64,000 nucleotides of DNA, taken from NCBI GenBank assembly GCA_030765335.1, contig JAVCCU010000025.1, forward strand, positions 6,784-70,783, in the 5' to 3' direction. Source of the DNA: Candidatus Kaelpia aquatica (GTDB lineage Bacteria > Omnitrophota > Gorgyraeia > Kaelpiales > Kaelpiaceae). Below the pieces are notes generated by a model. The model saw nothing but the letters and a program-made list of their open reading frames with translations. It was not told the DNA's origin and made no database searches. Position 1 is the first letter of the stretch, and each line of letters opens with the position of its first letter. A program made the position numbers and the translations under genes. Of the stretch, positions 28,887 through 38,090 are shown piece after piece.

Positions 28887-31221
28887 AGTTGCGGATGTTG
28901 GAAAAACGGTTTTGCCGGAATTACGCGGTACCCTAGAAGATATTGCGGAATGTTTTGGTCGAGCAATAACCACAGATGATGTTACTGTAATCGAAAGAGG
29001 TGGAGAACTAGGTAACTTGCCATTTTTAAGTGAATTAGATTTACCTAATTATCTTAGTGAAGGTGCTCTCGGTAATTTACCTATTGAGATAAGGGACTAT
29101 AGTCTCGGAGACCTTAGTTTAAGTTCTATAGCTGGCATTGAAAGCAATCATCAGAGTACATTAGCGTGTACGAGAAATGGTGAACCAGAGTGGGCAATTA
29201 GGCGTAGCGTTAAAGATGGAGAAGTAAGCTTTACTGTTATGTGGGAAGAAGAGGGTGAGTATACAGAGTTGGCAGTTGATGCAGACGGCACTATAAGAAG
29301 AGTAATGCATGTAAGAACTTCTGGAGATTATAGAGGAGTATATGTTTATGAAAGTGATGATCCTGAAGGTTATGGACAGATTTTAATATCTGATTGGGAT
29401 AATTCAATGGCTAACCCAGCTAACCATAATCTCCCTTATACAGAAGAGGTTCAGGATAGATTTGATAATTATTTGGATTATCTGCCTTCTGTTGAAGAAT
29501 TTTTCAGCGATACGGCGACTTACATAGCAGAGACACCAGAAGAAGATAGAGTTAATTCCGATTTAAATGTTAGGGCAATTCCATACATTGTTTGGAATGA
29601 AAATATGGTAGATGATACTCCTGCTGATGCATTTGTGCACTCAGGGGGCACAGTGGTGTTTGCTCAAGTCGACATTGATGTATCTAAAGCGGAAGCTTTT
29701 AAATCAATCATGGATGAATTTTACAGATCTCTTGAGATTCTTGCAGGAGAAGAAGGAGGAGCAGGAGGAAGCGCAGTCGACCCTACTGTAGATGCTCAGG
29801 TAGCTTCTGAGTGGATAGGAGAATTTGCACATGATGCATTAGGAGAGGCTTTTGAAATATATGGAGTTGCAGGTGCTATGATGGCAGCCGTTCTTGATAC
29901 CTGGGCAGTTGCTACGAGTAGCTTTAGATTTTGTTTTGATTTTACCAAAGCTTATGAAACGTATACACCTGTAGTAGTTGATCCTGTGACCCTAAACTAT
30001 TACTTTGATACACCAGAAATTGATGCAACTCAGCCGCTGGATTTCAGTGATCAAGATTTTGTTGCGGGTCTATTCGGAGGCCATCTAGAAGCTGGCAATA
30101 TTGATCAAAGTGAATATGATGCCATTTTAGCGCAATATGAGTATTTCCGTCTTCTATCTTTGGATTATAACGATTCAGCTTTTGGTGAAGCTTTTGGTAC
30201 TCCAGTAGCATTCGATCCAGTTAATTATGGTGAACAGGTTGAGGTATATGTTAGCGATTTTAGAGATAATGGTAATATAGGTGCGCTAGAAAATCTTGCA
30301 GAAAGAATGGGACTGTATAAGTATGCATTTCTTACTTGGCTTGAGAAACGATATCCCCAGTTCTTGGTTGATGACGGCACTGCTATAACTGCAGGTCAGA
30401 TTAGTTTTTCTCCAAAATGGGCTCAGTTTGATGTGGCCGATGCGCTTGGTCTAGTAGCTACTATCTATACTCTTAGAGTCGAGGCGCTTAGCATGCTAGG
30501 AGGTGTATTAAAAGGAGCAGGTTGGGTTGCTAATAAGGCATCTTGGGTAAAGGTGGCTCAAGCACTAAATACATATTCCGCTTCTCTTAATGGAGCAGCT
30601 CTTACATATGCTGGATTTAGTGAATACGCCGCTCTCCGGGGTATAAGCGAGCACAAGATTTTAACAGCATTAGGCTTTGCCCCAGGGACAGGAGCTGCTT
30701 ACGGGCTTATAAGCAGGGCTGTATATTTCTCATTAGTTGGGCCTGCAACACAAGCTCTCAATGGCGATCCTATGCCTGAAACATTTCAGAGTTATCTTTA
30801 TGGTATTGGCGATCAGTTTGCAACCGGTGTTATATATTCGGGTATGTTTGGCTATGTTATGCCTCTTATGCAAGGGGGAGCTGGAGGTTCTATATTGCTT
30901 GCAAACTTAAAAAACCAAGCGATGTTTTGGGTATCAGAGATATATTTAGAAGAATACTTGCTTCAAAAAGCAGCAGAAACCATACATGATAGATATGATC
31001 CTAGGGGTTGGGATACAGCTGTTTTGTGGGATAAAGAATTTTATGGCAATTTGGCTGAAATATTTAATCCTTTGGAGATAATGATGTTGATTGGGACAGA
31101 TATAAAATCAGGCACTCATGGTGGAAGAAATACTGTACTAGCTGTGGGAGGTCTGTATGCTTTAGGATTAATAGTTGAAGGTTTGGAGCGAGCAACAGGC
31201 GTAAAGCTTTTTGGAGGTTAA
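28738..31221 (+). CDS. large hypothetical protein with the same N-terminal leader; Gly/Ala-rich hydrophobic C-terminal region
   Basis: Start at ATG 28738 (AGGAGG 4 nt upstream), overlapping the upstream gene's stop. About 827 aa. The C-terminal ~250 aa are rich in G/A with GxxxG-like motifs. Confidence 0.55.
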   Translation: MNRKKKMFKARQQAYFLYLINKILIKDFISIVVACSMLFANTICLAGDEAVADVGKTVLPELRGTLEDIAECFGRAITTDDVTVIERGGELGNLPFLSELDLPNYLSEGALGNLPIEIRDYSLGDLSLSSIAGIESNHQSTLACTRNGEPEWAIRRSVKDGEVSFTVMWEEEGEYTELAVDADGTIRRVMHVRTSGDYRGVYVYESDDPEGYGQILISDWDNSMANPANHNLPYTEEVQDRFDNYLDYLPSVEEFFSDTATYIAETPEEDRVNSDLNVRAIPYIVWNENMVDDTPADAFVHSGGTVVFAQVDIDVSKAEAFKSIMDEFYRSLEILAGEEGGAGGSAVDPTVDAQVASEWIGEFAHDALGEAFEIYGVAGAMMAAVLDTWAVATSSFRFCFDFTKAYETYTPVVVDPVTLNYYFDTPEIDATQPLDFSDQDFVAGLFGGHLEAGNIDQSEYDAILAQYEYFRLLSLDYNDSAFGEAFGTPVAFDPVNYGEQVEVYVSDFRDNGNIGALENLAERMGLYKYAFLTWLEKRYPQFLVDDGTAITAGQISFSPKWAQFDVADALGLVATIYTLRVEALSMLGGVLKGAGWVANKASWVKVAQALNTYSASLNGAALTYAGFSEYAALRGISEHKILTALGFAPGTGAAYGLISRAVYFSLVGPATQALNGDPMPETFQSYLYGIGDQFATGVIYSGMFGYVMPLMQGGAGGSILLANLKNQAMFWVSEIYLEEYLLQKAAETIHDRYDPRGWDTAVLWDKEFYGNLAEIFNPLEIMMLIGTDIKSGTHGGRNTVLAVGGLYALGLIVEGLERATGVKLFGG

Positions 31222-31225
31222 TAGA

Positions 31226-33154
31226 ATGAAGATTAATATGAGATATAATACAATTTTAATAATCACTATAGGGATGTTTTATACTATGGTTGCCTTAGAG
31301 TGTTCCGGGGCGGAGAATAATTTTTTAGATACATCTTCACTTTTCCGCTCTTTTGGCTCTGTTGTTCAAGCCGAGATTATGCTTCCTTTTAGTTCAGACG
31401 GTTCTGTTGTTGCAGATAATACTGAAAACGATGTTCCAGCAGAAGATTTGCTTTTTGCTTCAAATATAATCGAAATGTTTATAGAGGGTTCATCATTAGC
31501 GGATCTTGGCCTGGATGCATCCCAAGTCGAGCTCCTACAGTTATATTTTCCTGCATCGTTTGCTCTTATGCCATTTGCGCAAGAAAGGCCATTGAGTTTT
31601 TTGAACCCCGTCGTTTTATATGATGGCTCAAGACGCATTATTATAACTGAATCTATAGAAAGAGAGCCGATGCGTATTGATGATGCATGGGAAATGGAAT
31701 CCGTTAACGCTATCTTTGTTAATGTCAGGGATGTAGATGTTGATAGCGGGGCAATCATATACAGTACGTATGCATTTAAAGCCGAAGATTTTGACTTTTA
31801 TTATGGCAACAGCGTAGATGCGATTTTATCTTCTTTGGAGGGGAGAGTACCATATGCAATGCAATCTTACATATATAACCAGGATGATGGTTTATTTGAT
31901 GTAGAGGCTGCTTATTTTTCAGAAGCAGGAATCGACATTATTCAACAGGGAAGAGTATCACTTCATGAAGATGGTTTTGTTTGGTCTGCTGCTGAAGGAT
32001 CTTTTAAATTTTATTTTGATGAATCAAACAGTACGCTTAATATAGAAAATTATTTGCTTGATGAAATGATTAGTTCTACAGCTATTCATTGTGACGAAGA
32101 TTCTGGAAGTATAATAATAAAAGAAGGTGATTATGAAATCATCATATCTGATGTTGAGTTTTCACAATCTTTATACGATGGATCTATTGTAGCATATGGA
32201 GATGATGATGGATCAATACAAGATGGTGTATTTACTTATTATGAGATTAAGCATTGGACAACTATCATGAAGAATGATGAGTTGGTTGAATCTTGGTATG
32301 ACATATCTCATACTGCAAACGATTCTTCTTATAGAATTAAGATTTATTCTCAGAGCGCTGATAGTTCCTCCCCAGAATTTTATGCTCTTCAATATCAGGA
32401 AATAGGAGACGATGCTGCTTCTATTCGTAAATATGCTATTGAGCAAGACGAAGAAGAAGGCTTGTTGTATCGTAAGGTTTTTCATGTTTGGGATAGTTCC
32501 TATGCTCCAGGCAGTAGTTCTAGAATGTATTATATTGAAGATACGCCTGAAGATTGGCAAAATGCAAGCTGGTTTTTGCAAAGCGTTATCGATGAGCATT
32601 GTCAGCTTATATGTCAATCCGATACTGTTGTTTCTGCGGGAAAGGATGGTGATATTGTTATAACAAATAATGCATTTTACAACAGCGTCACTATAACAAG
32701 TGATTATGACGAGAGTATTCCTGGAGGGTTTCTTCAGCTTATAGAGAGTTACAGAGAATATCTATCCTCTAACCATCTTTTGAGTCGACCTGAGGTTGAA
32801 GAGGTTATAAATATAACCACTACCAAGGTGTTGTATCAAGATATTCGTTTGCCATATACGAGTCAGTTTTTAGAAATGATAGATAAAAATACAGGCTCAA
32901 ATCATCTTAGTAGTTTAGAAAATAAATCCGAGATTAAGATAAATATTGTCAATGAGGTTGCACGAGCATATCTAGAAAGAGGTATAAGTTTCTTTGGTTC
33001 TGCTTGGTCTTTACCTTCAGGGTTTACTCAGTTTTCTTTCGAATTTAGAAGCCTTATTCATAATACAGTTGTTCCTGAGTTGCAGGGCATGGTCCCTTAT
33101 GAATGGGATTATGACGAGGGGATACTAATTTTGTATCCTGATAGTGATAGTTAA
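31226..33154 (+). CDS. secreted highly acidic hypothetical protein
   Basis: Start at ATG 31226 (GGAGG upstream). Signal peptide MKINMRYNTILIITIGMFYTMVALECSGA. About 642 aa, D/E/S-rich, no recognisable domain. Confidence 0.5.
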   Translation: MKINMRYNTILIITIGMFYTMVALECSGAENNFLDTSSLFRSFGSVVQAEIMLPFSSDGSVVADNTENDVPAEDLLFASNIIEMFIEGSSLADLGLDASQVELLQLYFPASFALMPFAQERPLSFLNPVVLYDGSRRIIITESIEREPMRIDDAWEMESVNAIFVNVRDVDVDSGAIIYSTYAFKAEDFDFYYGNSVDAILSSLEGRVPYAMQSYIYNQDDGLFDVEAAYFSEAGIDIIQQGRVSLHEDGFVWSAAEGSFKFYFDESNSTLNIENYLLDEMISSTAIHCDEDSGSIIIKEGDYEIIISDVEFSQSLYDGSIVAYGDDDGSIQDGVFTYYEIKHWTTIMKNDELVESWYDISHTANDSSYRIKIYSQSADSSSPEFYALQYQEIGDDAASIRKYAIEQDEEEGLLYRKVFHVWDSSYAPGSSSRMYYIEDTPEDWQNASWFLQSVIDEHCQLICQSDTVVSAGKDGDIVITNNAFYNSVTITSDYDESIPGGFLQLIESYREYLSSNHLLSRPEVEEVINITTTKVLYQDIRLPYTSQFLEMIDKNTGSNHLSSLENKSEIKINIVNEVARAYLERGISFFGSAWSLPSGFTQFSFEFRSLIHNTVVPELQGMVPYEWDYDEGILILYPDSDS

Positions 33155-33320
33155 GTTAATGAGTAAAAAGGTTTTATTTGTGTATAGCCGTGCTCAGAAT
33201 TTTAGAAGAATCATTAGTCTCTTAGTGTACTTAGTGGTACAATAATTTCAAATTTAAAAGAAAAATTGAATCTGTATTGTTTATTGAATTTTGATATTTT
33301 TTTAGAACAATGATATTGTT

Positions 33321-34709
33321 ATGAAAATAAATGCATTATTTTTTGTTGCTATAGTTTGTTTTTTTATAAATTTAAAATTTGCTCATAGCTCCCAAAATAC
33401 TCAAGAATATAAAGTGCTTTTGGAAGAGTATGGTTTGAATTCATACCTCACGACAGATAATATAGATAGGTTGCAAGATTTTTCCAAATATGCAAAGTCT
33501 AAAGGAAAATTGCTAGACCTTTATCTGTTAAATTATTCTGAATTCCTAAAATTGTGTAAGAGCAATTTCTTTTTTACCATAGATGAAGAAGAGCCTAGTC
33601 AAGTATGCTTTTATGATAAAGAGATAGATGATATTGATAAACTCTACAATGCTTGTGGTGGATATATTGTTTCTCTCCCATTGGTAAATATAGTAGCACG
33701 GCATGTTTACCAAGATAGCAAAGGTAGTCTATCCCAAAATAACATTTTTGTAATATATCTTTTGCACGAAGGTGTCAATTTTTCTTTATTGCAACATTTA
33801 TTGGATAATATTATTGAAAAAGCAGGAGGGCCTTCTGCAGTTGTTTATATAGATGAGCTTGGGTTAATACCGGAAGACTCTGTCAATAGGTATAGCCAGG
33901 CTTACAAGATAAGCGAAAAAGAATCATTCGAAAAAATAAAAAATTCTCTTAAGAACGATATAAAATCAATAAGTATGGGCCATACTATTTATGATTCAAA
34001 CAAGCTTTATGCTCAGATATATAGCTATTTCGCAAAACATAAAATCGACTCTAATATGGAAGATCTTTCTTATGATAATTGGAAAAATATAGTTGCATTT
34101 GATAAGTTGAATTTATGGAGAAAAAGTGCGCGTTTGTTTTTAATGGGTGCGGTGAGAGCATGTATAGAATCTTCTCAAGAGTTTGTGTTTGGATTCATGT
34201 TGTACAATAATATAATGCGTGATGCTAATTTTTCAAATCAACTAAAAGCATTATTGTCTGATAAAAGTGGCACTACATTAATTACTATCCGTGGTCTTGG
34301 TCATTTTGGATTTGAAAAAAAATTGATAGAGGATGCAAATGTAAGTGTTTGTATTTTAGGCGACGAAGGAGACTCTTTCTTTACGCTAACAGCGCTCCGT
34401 GAAAGGTATATGATTTATCAAGTTAATGAAGTGATTTTAAGTAATGAAGAGGAAGATAGATTGCTATTAAATAGCGTACTTAGTTTTCTTATGTTTAATT
34501 ATTTGATAAAATATGGGATAGAAGACAATTACTATGATGCAATGAAAAGTACGATAGCATTATTAACGCCTCTATCTTTAGCACAGCTATATGCACTTCA
34601 AAGCAAACTATTTTATGAGTTGCAGGCAGGAAATTTCTCTAAAAATAATATCTATGAATTTATTTACAATTGGTGTAAAAATCAAACATTTATAAAAGAA
34701 GAGAACTAA
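33321..34709 (+). CDS. secreted hypothetical protein (very AT-rich gene)
   Basis: 462 aa. Signal peptide MKINALFFVAIVCFFINLKFAHS. Composition markedly more AT-rich than its neighbours. Confidence 0.5.
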   Translation: MKINALFFVAIVCFFINLKFAHSSQNTQEYKVLLEEYGLNSYLTTDNIDRLQDFSKYAKSKGKLLDLYLLNYSEFLKLCKSNFFFTIDEEEPSQVCFYDKEIDDIDKLYNACGGYIVSLPLVNIVARHVYQDSKGSLSQNNIFVIYLLHEGVNFSLLQHLLDNIIEKAGGPSAVVYIDELGLIPEDSVNRYSQAYKISEKESFEKIKNSLKNDIKSISMGHTIYDSNKLYAQIYSYFAKHKIDSNMEDLSYDNWKNIVAFDKLNLWRKSARLFLMGAVRACIESSQEFVFGFMLYNNIMRDANFSNQLKALLSDKSGTTLITIRGLGHFGFEKKLIEDANVSVCILGDEGDSFFTLTALRERYMIYQVNEVILSNEEEDRLLLNSVLSFLMFNYLIKYGIEDNYYDAMKSTIALLTPLSLAQLYALQSKLFYELQAGNFSKNNIYEFIYNWCKNQTFIKEEN

Positions 34710-34871
34710 TCCTTTGGAATTATTTTTGCATCACTCACCAAGTTTTATTAAGCAGTTGTTGTAATTATACGAACATAGGCTGGGTTTCGTTAAAAAAACT
34801 AAATCAAGTGATTCTATTGTTTTTTTTGTTTACTTTTTTACCCCCATAACTTTAAAAAGTAGTGATAAAAT

Positions 34872-34901
34872 TTGACAGCACTTATTTTGTATGGTACAAA
34901 T
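34872..34901 (+). promoter_or_regulatory. sigma70-type promoter TTGACA-N17-TGGTACAAAT
   Basis: TTGACA at 34872-34877 and TGGTACAAAT at 34892-34901, upstream of the PilZ gene. Confidence 0.5.
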
Positions 34902-34958
34902 ATATTAGGTAAGAAAGGTGGTAAAGCAGAAATCAAGTTTATATAAGGAGCGGGCAAA

Positions 34959-35306
34959 TTGAACTACGATGGAATGGAAAGAAGGCAGTGGACTCGGGTC
35001 GATATGAATGTTCCCCTTAAATTCAGAGAAGTAGGTGAATTCAGCCGTTCTCCGCTTGATTCAGAGACAAGAGATATAAGTGAAGGTGGCATAAGATTTG
35101 CGACTGATAAGTTTCTTCCAAAAGATAGTAAGCTCGTTATAAACATAGATTTCCATGATATTCCAGCTGTTAAAGCAACTGCTAAAGTTTCTTGGTCGGT
35201 AAGAGATTCTCATACCAGCATGTATGAGATAGGTGTTGAGTTTGATACTATTCCTTCAGAAGCAAGAGTTCAACTTTCCAATATCGTCAGAAAAAACTTA
35301 AATTAA
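34959..35306 (+). CDS. PilZ domain protein (putative c-di-GMP receptor)
   Basis: 115 aa. RRQWTRV (RxxxR) and DISEGGIRF (DxSxGG) PilZ motifs. TTG start 7 nt after AAGGAG. Confidence 0.7.
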   Translation: MNYDGMERRQWTRVDMNVPLKFREVGEFSRSPLDSETRDISEGGIRFATDKFLPKDSKLVINIDFHDIPAVKATAKVSWSVRDSHTSMYEIGVEFDTIPSEARVQLSNIVRKNLN

Positions 35307-36334
35307 GATCTAGATCTATTCTTTCTCTCTAACTCTTTTTTCATCTCCAACTCTTTCAGTCTTTTTCTTCTATCCAAATCGTATTTGTCTATTTTCTTAT
35401 TCAAAGCCTGGCGAGATATTCCAAGCAGATTTGCAACCTTAGATTTATTCCACTTAAGTTCATATAGTATCTCAGTCAATATCTTCTGTTCATATATCTC
35501 AACTACGCCTTTAAGCGTCTTATCTTTTACTGCCACTAGTTTAAGGTTTACTCCTCCAGACCTTAACTTTTCAGACAGGTCGCTGGGCAGTATATGAGGC
35601 CCCTCTGATAGTATTACAGCTCTCTCTATCTCATGCTCTAATTCTCGTATATTGCCCGGCCAGTCATACTCTAGGAGATATTTTATTGCATCTGGCACCA
35701 TGTTTTTTATGGATTTCTTATCATTCTTATCGGCATATAGTCGCAGGAAATGCTCTGCTAAGACCGGGATGTCGTCTCTCTTGTCTCTTAGCGGTGGAAT
35801 TGGGATATCTATGACACAAAGCCTGTAAAAGAGGTCTCTTCTAAACCCGCCTCTCTCTACCTCTTTTTCCAGATTTCTATTTGTTGCTGCTACTATTCTT
35901 ACATCTACAGATATATCACTTGTTGCTCCGACTCTCTTTATAGTCCCTTCCTGTAAGACTCTTAAGAGCTTAGATTGCAGGCCTGGTGAAACCTCGCTTA
36001 CTTCATCTAAAAAGAAGGTTCCTTTATCGGCTGCTTCAAATAAACCTTTCTTCTCAGCTATTGCTCCGGTAAATGAGCCTCTGATATGACCGAATAGTTC
36101 TGATTCAAGTAATGTCTCAGTTAGGGCTGAGCAGTTAACAGCTATAAAAGGAGCATTTCTTCTTTTGGAGTGATAATGAAGCGCTTTAGCGATCAGCTCT
36201 TTACCTGTTCCTGTCTCACCTCTTATTAAAATCGTACTGTTTGTATTTACAACCTTTTCCATGATTCTGTAGACTTCTTTCATGTGACTGTTTGTACCTA
36301 TTATCTCTGGAAATGGATTCTGATATTCTTCCAT
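35303..36334 (-). CDS. sigma-54-dependent transcriptional activator (AAA+ and Fis-type HTH only; no N-terminal receiver/sensor domain)
   Basis: 343 aa. GETGTGKE Walker A, ESELFGH, the GAFTGA-region variant GSFTGA and a C-terminal HTH. The stop codon overlaps the PilZ gene stop convergently. Confidence 0.85.
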   Translation of the reverse strand: MEEYQNPFPEIIGTNSHMKEVYRIMEKVVNTNSTILIRGETGTGKELIAKALHYHSKRRNAPFIAVNCSALTETLLESELFGHIRGSFTGAIAEKKGLFEAADKGTFFLDEVSEVSPGLQSKLLRVLQEGTIKRVGATSDISVDVRIVAATNRNLEKEVERGGFRRDLFYRLCVIDIPIPPLRDKRDDIPVLAEHFLRLYADKNDKKSIKNMVPDAIKYLLEYDWPGNIRELEHEIERAVILSEGPHILPSDLSEKLRSGGVNLKLVAVKDKTLKGVVEIYEQKILTEILYELKWNKSKVANLLGISRQALNKKIDKYDLDRRKRLKELEMKKELERKNRSRS

Positions 36335-36336
36335 AC

Positions 36337-37683
36337 TTAACTCCTCCTTAACTTTGTAGGCAGTATTTTAAGTCTTTCTCTGTATTTAGCTACTGTCCTT
36401 CTTGCAATAGTGATTCCATCCTCTTTCAAAAGCTGCGTAATCTTATTGTCGCTAAGAGGTTTCTTGGAATCTTCCGCTACAACTATATCTTTTATCTTCT
36501 CCTTGATTAATTTACTTGAAATGCCTTTCACATTGCTTGAGAAGAAATCTCTTAATTCAAATATCCCAGAAGGTGTATCGATATATTTGCCATTTACAGT
36601 CCTTGAGATTGTGGATTCATCTAATCCAGTGCTCTCTGAAACCCTATTTAGAGTTAAGGGTTTGAGTCCGGCCTTTCCCTTTTTAAAGAACTCTTTCTGG
36701 TGATTTATAATAAAATCAGTAATTTTGATTATAGTTTTTCCTCTCTGCTCCATTGCCTGAATAAGCTCTTTCGTTGTTTTAAGCTTATCTTTAAGGTATC
36801 TCTTTGTCTCTTCAGGCGTTGAGGGATCCTTTAATATCTTAAGATACTGCTTATTTATCCTTATTTTTGGAATATCTCTCTTATTGGTTCTAATCTGATA
36901 TTTGCCGTCTGGTGCTATATCTAAAAATACTTCTGGTATTGCATAGTTGGGGAATGCGCTAGTATAATTTCTGCCTGGTTTTGGATCCAAGCTTTTCAGC
37001 ATCTTTAAGAACTCTTCCATCTTCTTATCGGTTATCTTTAGCTCTTTCTCTATCTTCTTGTAATTATGTGTGGCAAGCTCCTCCAGGAACCGCTCTATTA
37101 TCTGCTGGAATATTTTTTCTTTTAACCCTTTCCTTGCAAGCTGTATGGTTAGACATTCTTTTAGATCTCTGGCTCCGATTCCAGCAGGTTCAAAATCCTG
37201 AACTATTTTTAAAATTTGTTCACATTTTTTATTTGAAACTTTTAATTTCTCGGCTATCTCAAGCAGGGCTATTTCAAGATATCCGTTGGGGTTTAAATTT
37301 CCTATTATCTCTTCACCTATTAAAAGATTATTAACGCTTATCCTCTGCATATGGAGCTGTTTTAAGAGGTGTTCTTGGAGTGTCTCAGGTTTTGTGACTA
37401 GACTTTCAATGTGCGCTCTTTTTTTAGCGTCTTCCTGACCAAACTTTTCAGACCTCTTCTCCCAGATATTGTCTTCTTGAAATTCAAATTTCTCTTCATC
37501 GGGTATCTCGGGTACTTTCTCTTCTTCGATCTCAAGAAGCGGGTTCTCTTCGAACTCTTCTTCTAGTTTTTCTTTAAGCTCTGTGATTGGCACTTGAAGA
37601 AGGTTTAATAGCTGCCAGAATTGAGGCAACAGCTTAAGTTTTAGCGCCAAGTGCTGTTCAAGGCGGGGGATCATTCTTTCCAT
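36337..37683 (-). CDS. rpoN: RNA polymerase sigma-54 factor
   Basis: 448 aa. C-terminal RpoN box ARRTVAKYR and an acidic region I/II. Confidence 0.9.
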   Translation of the reverse strand: MERMIPRLEQHLALKLKLLPQFWQLLNLLQVPITELKEKLEEEFEENPLLEIEEEKVPEIPDEEKFEFQEDNIWEKRSEKFGQEDAKKRAHIESLVTKPETLQEHLLKQLHMQRISVNNLLIGEEIIGNLNPNGYLEIALLEIAEKLKVSNKKCEQILKIVQDFEPAGIGARDLKECLTIQLARKGLKEKIFQQIIERFLEELATHNYKKIEKELKITDKKMEEFLKMLKSLDPKPGRNYTSAFPNYAIPEVFLDIAPDGKYQIRTNKRDIPKIRINKQYLKILKDPSTPEETKRYLKDKLKTTKELIQAMEQRGKTIIKITDFIINHQKEFFKKGKAGLKPLTLNRVSESTGLDESTISRTVNGKYIDTPSGIFELRDFFSSNVKGISSKLIKEKIKDIVVAEDSKKPLSDNKITQLLKEDGITIARRTVAKYRERLKILPTKLRRS

Positions 37684-37728
37684 AATTTATTGGGTTTAAA
37701 ATACATTATCTTAAAAGTCTTTAAGTCC

Positions 37729-37905
37729 TTATTCAATAAACTCTTCATTGCTATTCTCTATTGCCTTAAGCGTCAGAGGGTTTTTTCTTGCCACTTCTGA
37801 TGAAGTATTACATTGGGAACAGGAGATTATCTCCCCGATTTCAGGTCTAAAATCAAGAATTATCTCTTCACCGCAAGCGGGACATATTGCAGTGAGCTCT
37901 TCCAT
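37729..37905 (-). CDS. LysW/ArgW-like amino-group carrier protein (zinc-ribbon; C-terminal Glu)
   Basis: Start at ATG 37905 (GGAGGA 6 nt upstream), 58 aa. CPACGEEIILDFRPEIGEIISCSQC...PLTLKAIE...EEFIE aligns with LysW along its length, including the acidic C-terminal tail ending in Glu. Confidence 0.55.
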   Translation of the reverse strand: MEELTAICPACGEEIILDFRPEIGEIISCSQCNTSSEVARKNPLTLKAIENSNEEFIE

Positions 37906-38090
37906 TCTTATTCCTCCTTTTGCTTGACTGGTTCTTATATTCAACATCCTTTAGTCTAACATAAAAATTGAGGGCTTCAAATAGAAATTAGCAGAGATTT
38001 GTTTAAATTCAGGTAAAACAGTTAAAACTTTAAGAGCACTACCCTTGATTCTCTTTACAAAATCTTAAATTAGTCTATAATTAACTCATC

